In this document: positions 31,210 through 41,322 of the stretch, piece after piece | Layout of the letters: every line of letters starts with the position of its first letter | Numbering within the stretch: position 1 is the first letter of the stretch | Assembly (NCBI GenBank): GCA_963676915.2 | Contig: CAXXVK010000043.1 | Span: 1-64,000 of the forward strand | Length of the DNA: 64,000 nucleotides | From: Myxococcota bacterium | GTDB taxonomy: Bacteria > Myxococcota_A > SURF-8 > G963663525 | Direction of reading: 5' to 3' | Translations under genes and position numbers: made by a program | Notes under the pieces: model-generated | The model's input: the letters and a program-made list of their open reading frames with translations, nothing else | Told to the model about the DNA's origin: nothing | Databases searched by the model: none

Positions 31210-32271
31210 ATGATTCGAGTTTTAGTCGTTGAAGATTCTCCAGTAGCGCGCGACTTTCTTACTTATATTCTATCGATGAATCCGGACATCCATGTCGTCG
31301 GCACGGCGAAGAACGGTGCTGAATCACTGGAAGCGGTCAAAAAGCTAAAGCCTGATGTCATTACGATGGATATTCACATGCCGATCATGGATGGTTACGA
31401 GGCAACCAAGCGGATCATGGAAACCGTACCGACACCCATTGTCATCGTAAGCGGAAGCATGTCAGTGAAGGAAATGTCTTGTACATTCAAGGCTATGGAG
31501 GCAGGTGCCTTGGCCGTTGTTTACAGGCCGCCGGGTATGAACCACAAAGAATTTGAAGCGGGGAATCGGGAACTGGTCCGCACTGTCAAACGGATGTCTG
31601 AAATCAAGGTTGTGAGGCGGATTCCACGTATGCAAAAAGCGAAAGAATCATGGTATTTCACACCTTCGCATCGAGTGAAAAAGGAATCTCAGATTCGGAT
31701 GATTGCGATTGGAGCTTCAACCGGTGGACCTCCTGTACTGAGAAAAATTCTTTCCATGTTGCCAAGCAACTTGCCTGTTCCGGTCATGATCGTACAGCAC
31801 ATCGCGGCTGGCTTCAGTGAAGGTTTCCAATCCTGGTTGTCAGGATACTCGAACATCCCCTTGCATTTTCCAGAAAATGGAACATCTCTATTGCCTGGTC
31901 ATGCGTACATTGCTCCTGACGGATTTCATATGGGAGTTGAGAAAGGTCCACGAATCGTGCTTAGCGACCTGCCTCCGGAATACGGGTTGCGTCCCTCTGT
32001 TTCATTTTTGTTTCGAAGTGCGGCAGAGGTTTTTGGATCGGGTGCGATCGGTATTCTGCTGACCGGCATGGGAAAGGATGGCGCCAACGAACTGAAAATG
32101 ATGAAAGATCGCGGAGCCATCACGATCGCTCAGGACGCAGATAGTTCAGTGGTTCATGGCATGCCTGGCGAGGCGATAAAAATCGGAGCTGCCAAGCACA
32201 TTCTTTCACCGGAAGGTATTTCAACTCTGGTGACGAACCTTTTGGCGAATGGGACGGGAGAATTCAAATGA
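31210..32271 (+). CDS. cheB: CheB REC-methylesterase
   Basis: IGASTGGP, IVQHI, RPSVS.LF.S, LLTGMGKDGA, SSVVHGMP. Confidence 0.95.
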   Translation: MIRVLVVEDSPVARDFLTYILSMNPDIHVVGTAKNGAESLEAVKKLKPDVITMDIHMPIMDGYEATKRIMETVPTPIVIVSGSMSVKEMSCTFKAMEAGALAVVYRPPGMNHKEFEAGNRELVRTVKRMSEIKVVRRIPRMQKAKESWYFTPSHRVKKESQIRMIAIGASTGGPPVLRKILSMLPSNLPVPVMIVQHIAAGFSEGFQSWLSGYSNIPLHFPENGTSLLPGHAYIAPDGFHMGVEKGPRIVLSDLPPEYGLRPSVSFLFRSAAEVFGSGAIGILLTGMGKDGANELKMMKDRGAITIAQDADSSVVHGMPGEAIKIGAAKHILSPEGISTLVTNLLANGTGEFK

Positions 32272-35200
32272 CTGATAAACCTACTCCATCAGACCCAAAC
32301 GAGTCGGCAAAAATTCTCATCGTTGAAGATAGCCCCACTCAGCAGGAGCAGCTCCATTTCATTTTAGAAGATTCAGGCTACGACGTTGTCACAGCCAACA
32401 ATGGAAAAGAGGGATTGCAAGCTGCTCAATCCCAGGAATTCGACTTGGTGATTTCAGACATAATAATGCCGGAGATGGATGGCTATGAATTATGTAAAGC
32501 GATTCGTAGAGACAGCAAACTCAAAACATTGCCGGTCGTACTTCTAACATCGCTTACCGAACCGAAGGAAGTGATCCGAGCCCTTGAATCGGGAGCGACG
32601 AATTTCATCCGCAAGCCTTACGAAGCGGTGCCGCTCGTCGAGCGTATCCGGAATGTCATTGCCACCGCGAAATTGCGCAGGGAGACTGGAAGCGAAATAG
32701 GTTTGACGATCAGCTTCAATAACAAAAAATACCGTTTCAATCAGGATCGGCTTCAGATCTTGGACATGCTGTTGGCGACCTATGAGGATGCCATCTACCA
32801 AGTACAACCTAGTGAAGGAGCCACATCCACATCCATTGAAGGAACCATTCTCGTTGTTGAAGACAGCATAACCCAGATGGAAAATATCTGTTTCATATTA
32901 AAAGAGTTGGGTTGTAAGGTTTTTACGGCAACCAACGGTCTGGAAGCACTCCGTACTCTTGAGTCGACGCCAGTCGACTTGGTGATTTCGGACATAATAA
33001 TGCCGGAAATGGATGGCTATGAGCTTTGCAAGACCATTCGGGCAGACAATCGATTCGGTGGGGTTCCCATTATTCTCCTGACGTCTCGCACAAAGCCGGA
33101 AGATCTGATTGCTGGCTTAGAGGCCGGGGCTTCGAACTTCATTTGCAAGCCGTTTCAAAACAGCTATCTCGAAGCAAGAGTACGAAACCTTCTTTCCAAT
33201 AAGAGCATTTACGTAGACAATCAAAACACATCCAAAATAGACGTTGTCTTCGCCGGACAGCAATTCGCCATCACGGCAGATCGCAACCAGATACTTGATT
33301 TGCTCGTTTCCAGTTACGACAGCGCGGTCCAGCATAGCCAGGAACTTGCGCTTGCACGCGATGAATTAAGTAGTATCAATGAAGAGTTGGAAGAGCGTGT
33401 GGCTGAACGAACGGAAGAACTTACCGATGAGATCGAGGAGCGAAAAAAAGCGGAATTGGCATTGCAGGAACAGAGGGATTTCGCGGAAAGTCTTCTCGAA
33501 ACCGCTCAGGCCATCATTCTTGTCTTGGATAACAAAGGGCGTATCGTAAGGTTCAATCCATACCTTGAAGAATTGACCGGTTACACCTTGGAGGAGGTTA
33601 TTGGCAAGGACTGGATTGAGACTTTCATACCAGAACGAGAGCACGAAACAGTGCGAGCACTTTTAACAAGAGCCATTGACAATCAACCGACCAGGGGAAA
33701 TGTAAACCTCATCACCACAAAAGACGGAAACGAAATTTATGTGGAGTGGTATGATAAAACTCTAAAAGAGAAAGATGATAATGTCGTTGGATTGCTAGCC
33801 ATAGGTCAGAATGTCAGTGATCGAAAACTTTCGGAAGAGATTGCACGAATACGTCTTGAATTGCTGGAATATTCCGTCTCACATTCCTTAGATACCCTTC
33901 TCCAAAAAACATTGGATGAAATTTGCGATCTGGTGAAAAGCCCGATAGGTTTCTATCACTTTATTAGTGATGATCAAAAGACAATAGTGCAGCAGCAATG
34001 GTCGACACGGACCGTCAACGAATTCTGCAACGTGCGGGAAAAGAATCTGCATTACAGGCTTGAAGACGCAGGAGTGTGGGCCGACTGTATACGCCAGAAA
34101 AAAGCAGTTATCCACAACGATTACGATTCTCTAGACTATAAAAACGGGTTGCCGAATGGCCATACTCATGTCAATCGTGAGTTGGTATACCCAATTATTC
34201 GAAAAAACAAAGTTGTTGCGATTATTGGCGTGGGTAACAAGCCGGATGACTACGAAGAAAAAGACGTAAAAATTGTAGCGAATCTTGCGGATATTACATG
34301 GGAAATTATCAACAGAAAACGAACCGATGAGCAAACGAAAAGATTGGAAGAACAATTACAACAATCTCAGAAGATGGAATCCATCGGTCGCCTGGCAGGT
34401 GGGGTGGCCCATGATTTCAATAACCTGATAACAGCCATCCAAGGGTTTTCCGAACTTGTCAAAGATTCTCTCAATGAAAAAGATCCGATTAGACAGGATG
34501 TCGAAGAGATTCAGAAAGCCGCAGATTCAGCTGCCTTATTGACCAATCAGCTTCTTGCTTTTTCGCGCAAGCAGGTAGTCTCTCCCCAAGCTATCAATTT
34601 GAACAATTCCATCTCGTTTTCGGAAAAGATGCTTGAGCGAATTATTGGTGAAGATATTGATCTCGTTTTCTTGCCGGAAAAAAACATTGAACCCGTGCTC
34701 ATGGATCCGGGACAAGTGAATCAGATTCTTGTAAACCTTGCCGTAAACTCAAGGGACGCTATGCTTTCTGGGGGCAAGCTGACAATAGAAACCAAAAACG
34801 TTGTTCTCGATATGAAACGCTGTCAGACCTGTAATGGTCAAATCTCCGGAGATTATGTCATGCTGGCAATCAGTGATGATGGATCGGGAATGACGAATGA
34901 AACAATAACAAAGATTTTCGAACCCTTTTTCACTACAAAAGAAAAAGGAAAAGGCACTGGACTCGGACTTTCAACGGTGCATGGTATCATGCATCAGAAT
35001 AAAGGTCATATCAATATTTATTCAGAACCAGGCCATGGAACGACATTCAAGATGTATTTTCCGGCAATCGCTCAGAGACCCGTTGATGTAAGAGAAACAA
35101 ACGATCCACAAAACCTTGAAGGTCTGGAAACAATACTTGTTGTTGAGGATCAGGAAATTGTCAGAAAACTCGTTGTGAGATCTTTAAGGCAATATGGATA

Positions 35201-35885
35201 TAAAATTATCGAAGCAAAGAATGGAGGGGAGGCTCTAAATAAACTAGACGATGCGAAAATACAGATCGACCTCCTTTTAACAGATGTCGTTATGCCTGTT
35301 ATGGGAGGAAAAGAACTATATGACAAGATGTTGACGTTTAATCCAAATTTGAAAGCAGTTTTCATGTCTGGGTATACTGAAAATGCAATCGCGCATCACG
35401 GTGTATTGGATAAGGGTGTGAATTTCATTCAGAAACCGTTCATCCAGAAAAAATTGGTGCAAAAAGTAAGGCAAGTGTTGGATCAAAGTAGGAAAAGTAT
35501 ACAGGAAGATGAAATGAAAGGAGTATTGGTTATCGATGATGACGAACAAATTGTAGAACTTTATAAAATATATGCGCGAAAACACAAGTTCAAGTTATTT
35601 ACTGCACTGAACGGCAAAAAGGGATTGGATATTTTTGCCAGACATGAAAAAGAAGTTGGTCTTGTACTTTGTGATCTTAACTTGAATAACACAAATGGAG
35701 AGGCTCTGGTTGAAAAAATGATTCAGTTCAACGAGGACTGTCATTTTTTAATTGTCTCCGGAGCTGTTCCTGCAGGTCTTGGTGAGAAATACGCAGCTAA
35801 CAAGCGAATTTCGATTCTCCAAAAAGCGACTAGAGATCTGGAAAAATGGTTTATGGATACGATTCGAGAGTACTATCGGAAATAG
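32268..35885 (+). CDS. Hybrid sensor histidine kinase REC-REC-PAS-GAF-HisKA-HATPase-REC-REC
   Basis: Two N-terminal REC domains, PAS (GRIVRFN), GAF, H-box LAGGVAHDFNNL, FEPFFTTKEKGKGTGLGL, two C-terminal REC domains. Confidence 0.93.
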   Translation: MTDKPTPSDPNESAKILIVEDSPTQQEQLHFILEDSGYDVVTANNGKEGLQAAQSQEFDLVISDIIMPEMDGYELCKAIRRDSKLKTLPVVLLTSLTEPKEVIRALESGATNFIRKPYEAVPLVERIRNVIATAKLRRETGSEIGLTISFNNKKYRFNQDRLQILDMLLATYEDAIYQVQPSEGATSTSIEGTILVVEDSITQMENICFILKELGCKVFTATNGLEALRTLESTPVDLVISDIIMPEMDGYELCKTIRADNRFGGVPIILLTSRTKPEDLIAGLEAGASNFICKPFQNSYLEARVRNLLSNKSIYVDNQNTSKIDVVFAGQQFAITADRNQILDLLVSSYDSAVQHSQELALARDELSSINEELEERVAERTEELTDEIEERKKAELALQEQRDFAESLLETAQAIILVLDNKGRIVRFNPYLEELTGYTLEEVIGKDWIETFIPEREHETVRALLTRAIDNQPTRGNVNLITTKDGNEIYVEWYDKTLKEKDDNVVGLLAIGQNVSDRKLSEEIARIRLELLEYSVSHSLDTLLQKTLDEICDLVKSPIGFYHFISDDQKTIVQQQWSTRTVNEFCNVREKNLHYRLEDAGVWADCIRQKKAVIHNDYDSLDYKNGLPNGHTHVNRELVYPIIRKNKVVAIIGVGNKPDDYEEKDVKIVANLADITWEIINRKRTDEQTKRLEEQLQQSQKMESIGRLAGGVAHDFNNLITAIQGFSELVKDSLNEKDPIRQDVEEIQKAADSAALLTNQLLAFSRKQVVSPQAINLNNSISFSEKMLERIIGEDIDLVFLPEKNIEPVLMDPGQVNQILVNLAVNSRDAMLSGGKLTIETKNVVLDMKRCQTCNGQISGDYVMLAISDDGSGMTNETITKIFEPFFTTKEKGKGTGLGLSTVHGIMHQNKGHINIYSEPGHGTTFKMYFPAIAQRPVDVRETNDPQNLEGLETILVVEDQEIVRKLVVRSLRQYGYKIIEAKNGGEALNKLDDAKIQIDLLLTDVVMPVMGGKELYDKMLTFNPNLKAVFMSGYTENAIAHHGVLDKGVNFIQKPFIQKKLVQKVRQVLDQSRKSIQEDEMKGVLVIDDDEQIVELYKIYARKHKFKLFTALNGKKGLDIFARHEKEVGLVLCDLNLNNTNGEALVEKMIQFNEDCHFLIVSGAVPAGLGEKYAANKRISILQKATRDLEKWFMDTIREYYRK

Positions 35886-36077
35886 TGTGGTTCGTTCATG
35901 TCGGTGTCGTCATTGGACGCGGGGTCCAACCATTCAATACATGCTGTTATTTCTTTCTATATTGTAAGACTGGAGCGAATGATAGTTTGCTATTTTAGGC
36001 AGTCAATCGAAACGGATTTTTATGCTCGTCAGTTTCTTTCTGGCGCTACAGGTATTCGATTGGATAGATTGTTCTTG

Positions 36078-38819
36078 TCAAGCAATGATAGTTTTTCCAC
36101 GCAATGATGAATACGGTGATATCTTCTTCCAAAATCGGATCGCTAGAAACGTTCCTACCAAGAAAACAAAAACGACACCGTTAGAAGTTCCGTTGTTACA
36201 GCCGCTTTTACTTTTTTTCGTCTCGCTGTCTTCATCTCCATCTATTGCAACGGTATCGGAGCAATTGTACGGTGTGTCCACCGTTGTTTCGGGAAGTACG
36301 CACAGATGGCGGTCGAACAATTCCGGACGAGTTGCCGCCATGGCTGTGAGATAGGTCAGGCTGGCCGCCCACAAATGCGGATTGGCTACCCGCTGCTCGT
36401 ATATCCCGTCACGGAACAGGAAAACCTCTCCGTAATGAAGAGTACCGGAAGTGGGAAGATCGTGTACGAGGTGGTCGAGCGCTTCCTCAACTTGCGCGAA
36501 GCTATCGGTTCCAGCCAGTACCAATGCGGCAGCAAGAGTAACCTTGTTCAGGTAGGAACCACCATCGGTTTCACCACGCAGAACCTTCAGCACGTCATCC
36601 AGATTGGTTTCCATCTGAAGACGTGTTTTGGAGTCGGTGAAATCCAACAGTCTTCCAGGCCAGATCGCCGTGCTGGACGCCGCGTGCAGATTGCTGCCGG
36701 GATGGCCGGAAATATTCCTGCGTTCAAGCAGAAAACCGGTTTCCTCGTCGATCAAATAAGTCTGAATAGCCTGACGTAATTCGTTCGCACGGTTCTCGTA
36801 GGTGCTTGCGTAATCGTCATGTCCTAGCTGGCGGGCGATTTTCGCGGCACCGTTGAGAGCGGAGAATATCGGGCCCGCACCGAAAAGCGTCGCGGTATAG
36901 GCTGGGTTGTCGTTTTCGTTGGCGGGTGCTGGCAATCCGGTTTCGGCATCACGCCAGCGTGTCAGAAGATCCGCCGCCGCACGTACCGTCGGCCAGATGT
37001 CGTTTAAATACTGCTCTCTTGCGGATTCGTCCTCGATATAACCGGCGTGATAGGCGTAATTCCATACGAGAAACGCGGTGTTGTCGATTTCGAATCGTAT
37101 GAATCCTCCGGTCATTCCGTCCGCGTAGTAGTTCATCTCCCAGGCACCGGCAGGGTATAGTAAGGTCGAGGGATTATTGGGGTCGGATGGAGGGGCTGGA
37201 TCGATGATGGGTTCGGCAGCCGATGCTTCTTTTCGCTGCCACTGAGCATACTTCATCAGTCGTTGCGTGACGAGATCGTGCAACCCGGCGGCGTCCAGAG
37301 CCGCGTTGAAAAACGCTCCATCGCGAGGCCAGTCCTCTCCATATGCCGGTTGGCGACTCAACGACGCCACGATCGCTCCGCTGTCCCGATCCGTACCGAC
37401 AAGAAGATTTACCAGCGTTCGTTTGCAAAAAGCCAGGAGTTCGGCATCGTCGGAATCCGGCAATCGTAAAGGCTCTATGTGGGCTTTCCAGAGCGCAAGC
37501 GTATGCTCAAGATGTTTGTCGAAGCTCTGGCTTCGCGCCTCATCCAAGCTTTCATAAGCTTCCTGCGCTTTCGTGCCGAACGCGAAATAAAACGTTGCCG
37601 AGAATTTTCCATCCGTTTCATTCAACGGAAGATCCATGGCTGTATTGACCTGACCTGCGGCAATGCGGGAGCCGCTGAGACCATCCGTAGCATCCGTGTA
37701 GGCATCTTCGGCAGAATAGATCCATCCCTCGCGTTCGAGAATGGAGTCCAGGGCGGGTTTCGTGCAGCGCAGCATGTCCAGGGCGCTTAAATCCATCGGA
37801 TCGGCTTCCGGAAAGCGCTCTGGAATCAGTAGGATATTGTCTCCTAGTTCGTCAATATTTGCACAAAAATCCGTCGTATCGAAACCGACCTGTACCTTTC
37901 GGTTGGCCAGAGTTTTCGCCGCCCCCATGGCCACATACACCCCCTCCGAATAACGAGAATCTGGGTCAGAGGCGATATCCGCGACAACCGAGGAATCGAT
38001 CGCTTCCGATTTCAGCAACTCACCGATCGGACCGTAATCATTTGCCGGCGGAGAAAAAAGGTCGATCAGACTTTCCACCAATCCCGTATCTCCCGGCTTG
38101 AAATGCAGGATAGCATCCCGCTCGGCATTGTAGATGGCGGCGAAATCATGGTGGGGCTCCAAAGCCCAATCCACGATAGGAAGTTTGGGTACACGCGAAA
38201 GCGTGGGAGATAGATTCGCGTAGGCTACCAAAGCCACCGGTTCGATGGTCGCTCCCTCGTCCAGAGCGATGGATACGTTTCGGACGAGTACATCAGTTTC
38301 CGGCAGCACAAAGTCAATCAATGTTGCCGTAATTCCAAGGGTTTCGTTACGTAGTACGGTAACCGGTACCGGGGCATCCTCGGCAGCATAGCCTAGCTCA
38401 GAAGTCCAGCCCTCCCCACGCAACCAGGTGAAATTTTCCGTCCCTCCCGAACGAGTTCGAAGACCGAAAAACGCCCCCATCGACTCTTTCGCCCCGAAAT
38501 GCGATTGTTTTCGGGCGTCTGGGTGGTTCGAACTGATGTAGGCGAGTTGATCCGTATAACTAGGCGAGGGGTAGGTTAGAACCGTCAATTCTCCCTGCGA
38601 GGAAAGACCTACGGACAACCCTCCGTTCCCTGTAATGGCATGAACGTTTGTCGCCCCCATTAAATGCTCGTTGATATCCAGACTGCTCCAGTCTTCTTGG
38701 GCATGGGCCGAAGGAATTGCGACCCAAAAAAGAAGTGGCACAATCCAACCCCAAACCGGTGAAAAACTAGATGAAAAAGGTCTTTGTCGGTTTCCAAACC
38801 ACTGCATGGAAGCTCCCAT
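36078..38819 (-). CDS. Secreted GH15-like (glucoamylase-type) glycoside hydrolase with a C-terminal membrane/sorting tail
   Basis: SGAIVASL...YGEDWPRDGAF (GH15 WPRD motif), EIDNT and HLWA motifs. Signal peptide ending AHA. Tail KKSKSGC + hydrophobic helix + basic residues. Confidence 0.75.
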   Translation of the reverse strand: MGASMQWFGNRQRPFSSSFSPVWGWIVPLLFWVAIPSAHAQEDWSSLDINEHLMGATNVHAITGNGGLSVGLSSQGELTVLTYPSPSYTDQLAYISSNHPDARKQSHFGAKESMGAFFGLRTRSGGTENFTWLRGEGWTSELGYAAEDAPVPVTVLRNETLGITATLIDFVLPETDVLVRNVSIALDEGATIEPVALVAYANLSPTLSRVPKLPIVDWALEPHHDFAAIYNAERDAILHFKPGDTGLVESLIDLFSPPANDYGPIGELLKSEAIDSSVVADIASDPDSRYSEGVYVAMGAAKTLANRKVQVGFDTTDFCANIDELGDNILLIPERFPEADPMDLSALDMLRCTKPALDSILEREGWIYSAEDAYTDATDGLSGSRIAAGQVNTAMDLPLNETDGKFSATFYFAFGTKAQEAYESLDEARSQSFDKHLEHTLALWKAHIEPLRLPDSDDAELLAFCKRTLVNLLVGTDRDSGAIVASLSRQPAYGEDWPRDGAFFNAALDAAGLHDLVTQRLMKYAQWQRKEASAAEPIIDPAPPSDPNNPSTLLYPAGAWEMNYYADGMTGGFIRFEIDNTAFLVWNYAYHAGYIEDESAREQYLNDIWPTVRAAADLLTRWRDAETGLPAPANENDNPAYTATLFGAGPIFSALNGAAKIARQLGHDDYASTYENRANELRQAIQTYLIDEETGFLLERRNISGHPGSNLHAASSTAIWPGRLLDFTDSKTRLQMETNLDDVLKVLRGETDGGSYLNKVTLAAALVLAGTDSFAQVEEALDHLVHDLPTSGTLHYGEVFLFRDGIYEQRVANPHLWAASLTYLTAMAATRPELFDRHLCVLPETTVDTPYNCSDTVAIDGDEDSETKKSKSGCNNGTSNGVVFVFLVGTFLAIRFWKKISPYSSLRGKTIIA

Positions 38820-38969
38820 TCATACAAGGTTGTTCATCATTGCATCGAAAAGTGTAATAAAGTCGTTTTTTGAACGCAAGAAACCACAGCATCCGCAGTA
38901 AATCTGCAGTCGATAACCATCCAACCCGAATCATTCATGTTTTCGAGAATCATGGTTGTGATGCACTAA

Positions 38970-39143
38970 CCCGGATGATTCATGAAGAATCTACTACGAC
39001 TTGAAAATTCTCGATCTTTCAATCGTTTCCCGATTTTCATCCTCGACAGACTGTTCAGTATGCCTGCGGGTGAAAATCGTTCCAACTTCATGAAATATCA
39101 TCGTTTTTCTACGTCTCGCTACGATCCTCATGAATAATCCGGG
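38970..39143. mobile_element. ~174-bp MITE-like palindromic element, copy 1
   Basis: Terminal inverted repeats CCCGGATGATTCATGA / TCATGAATAATCCGGG (15 of 16 match), flanked on both sides by CTAA (38966-69, 39144-47). No coding capacity. Confidence 0.75.
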
Positions 39144-41321
39144 CTAAAACTGATCCATGAAAAAGCGCAGAAAGAGGTTCAGTGTAGTTGCATCGGTTTT
39201 CGCCATACCTTCGGGAAGGTCGTGATCGCTTGGGGTGTATCCCGACGGAGCGATTTTTGACAAATTCACCCACAAAAGATTGTTCAAAGATCCGCTACGC
39301 CAGGCATAGTAGGCCGAGGGTGACGCGAAACCGTCTTCGTAAACCGGTGAAAATGCATCAGATAACACCGCTTCGCCGTCATCCGGTAGAGATTGCAATA
39401 TTTCGGAGCTTTCAGAGAACATTTCCCTATCACGTGAGGTGTCCTTGAGGCAGGAAAGCCCTTCGCTCCATTTGCGGTCTGTTCCGTCTTCCTCGTATCT
39501 TGCAGTTATCTCAAAGGATTCGCCGTCTACACCGTCTTCCAGATACGTCACGACAAGGATTTCCGAGCCTGCAAGCGAGAGTACACCGTCCTCCGATACG
39601 GCGTCGGTCGTTGTGGAAGCTTCCTTGTCGTAATCGAGTGGAATCGACGCCGTAAAGCGTCCTGTCCCTTCTGGGATTTCGTTCGTCGTAAAGGTTTCGT
39701 GGTCCACCTCGTCGAAGCTGTCTTCTCCTGTGGATTTCAGACTAACGGCGATGATTTCGCGAGTGGTTTCTGTGGTGAAGGGATCGTCCAATACAAGGTC
39801 CACGGAAGGAGCTTCTTTTCCTGCTGCGTCGTCCAGTGTGGCGTCAGTAAAACCCAGGCGTGCACATTCATAAGCTGCCAGGAAACGAGGATCGGTATAG
39901 AGCGTCCCCGGTGTTTGGTTGGGTAGCACCTGTAGTAACCCTACGGGACGTTGCAGGAACGCACCGAGATCCAATTCCAGCAGGGACGGAGAAAACAGTG
40001 CCAGTTCAAGTGCTGAAACGAGCAACACCGGCATGTCTTCGGGGCCGTTGAATGTGCCGTCGTCAATCAGTGCAATCAACTCCGGATCGATATCCAAACC
40101 AAGTTCGTCGAGCAGCCCCTGAATGGTGATGGTCTGCCGTAAAAGATCGGCCAGGATAGCCAGCATTCCCAGTACATCGTGTTCCAGGCGCAACCGCCGG
40201 CCTGTTTCACCTTCGAGATTGGCAAGAATCTGGTCAGCCGAGTGCATCGGTCCGTATTTTTCTCCCTGCCAGAGCATTTCGAAGGTCTTGACGCTACCTC
40301 CATCTTCTTTGAAAAATGCTCCATTCAGGTACATAGACCGCACTACGTTTTCACCATCCACGTCTTCAGACTCTCCCAAAGTCAGTACATCGTCGCTTTG
40401 GTCGTCGATTTCCGCCGCAACAAGTTCCCCGGCTTTTTTTATGTCCTCTGCCGCCGTTCTCAACGCATCGAAAGCGGCCTGAAAACTTTCGGAACCACCC
40501 TCATCCAGAGAAAGGAAGGAGGGGTAACGCTCAAGTACACGGGCAATCAGTATGGGGATGTTCTCCAGACTGAGATTGTCCATCAGGTCGGGATAGATCT
40601 CTACGAGTCGGGCATCTGTAAGGTTCTGGCTGTCGAGTATGGCGACGAGGGCGTACAGACTCTGAGTCAGGGCATCGACCATGTAGACATCGGCAAGATC
40701 CCATTCACGACCCAACTCGAAGAGGTCCACTCGATGAAACGAGACCGGAAAGCGATTTAGCGTAAAGGTCACATCCGGCATTTGCTTGAGTTTTGCCAGG
40801 CGGGCGAGCTGCTCTTCCTGGAGCGCTCGGAGGTCATCGATCACCAACGTTCCAAGCAGATCGGCAAGAGGGTAGGGGACGTTCGAGTCCGGATTGTCTT
40901 CGGCTTGAAGAATTTTCAGCGACACTTTGTAAAGATGCTTTTTTACATAGCTTTTTTGGGGAATCACGGGATCGGCATACTGTGTTGGATCTTCGTCGAA
41001 AATCAGTCCGAGGATCAAGTTGAGCAGCGCTACCCAGTGCTGCATATCGGCGAGGACCAACCCGTAGGTGGCTTGTGGATCGTCGGGGAGACGTTCGATG
41101 CGTTTGTTGAAAAATTCCTCGGCTGCTGCATAGCTGAAGTTTTCCAATGATTCTTTGCCTTTTTCCAGCAATTCGTCGTCGGTGTACGTGTCCAGGGGAT
41201 CACCCATAGGTTCGTAGTCGTCGGAAGCGTTCCCGGAATCCGACGAGCAGCCGATACCCAATGTTACCAAAGCGAAAACCAGCAGAAAACCCGTAAAATC
41301 AAAGAGGTTGTTGCGTTTCAT
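39144..41321 (-). CDS. Acidic lipoprotein with an N-terminal TPR-like helix pair
   Basis: 725 aa, lipobox GIGC, LLEKGKESLENFSYAAAEEFF..PDDPQATYG; begins 1 nt after the upstream gene's stop. Confidence 0.8.
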   Translation of the reverse strand: MKRNNLFDFTGFLLVFALVTLGIGCSSDSGNASDDYEPMGDPLDTYTDDELLEKGKESLENFSYAAAEEFFNKRIERLPDDPQATYGLVLADMQHWVALLNLILGLIFDEDPTQYADPVIPQKSYVKKHLYKVSLKILQAEDNPDSNVPYPLADLLGTLVIDDLRALQEEQLARLAKLKQMPDVTFTLNRFPVSFHRVDLFELGREWDLADVYMVDALTQSLYALVAILDSQNLTDARLVEIYPDLMDNLSLENIPILIARVLERYPSFLSLDEGGSESFQAAFDALRTAAEDIKKAGELVAAEIDDQSDDVLTLGESEDVDGENVVRSMYLNGAFFKEDGGSVKTFEMLWQGEKYGPMHSADQILANLEGETGRRLRLEHDVLGMLAILADLLRQTITIQGLLDELGLDIDPELIALIDDGTFNGPEDMPVLLVSALELALFSPSLLELDLGAFLQRPVGLLQVLPNQTPGTLYTDPRFLAAYECARLGFTDATLDDAAGKEAPSVDLVLDDPFTTETTREIIAVSLKSTGEDSFDEVDHETFTTNEIPEGTGRFTASIPLDYDKEASTTTDAVSEDGVLSLAGSEILVVTYLEDGVDGESFEITARYEEDGTDRKWSEGLSCLKDTSRDREMFSESSEILQSLPDDGEAVLSDAFSPVYEDGFASPSAYYAWRSGSLNNLLWVNLSKIAPSGYTPSDHDLPEGMAKTDATTLNLFLRFFMDQF

Positions 41322-41322
41322 G

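Noticed and set aside
20779-36000. tRNA-Ala-anchored integrative element
   Set aside because: No integrase and no duplicate of the tRNA 3' end found; only a compositional hint.
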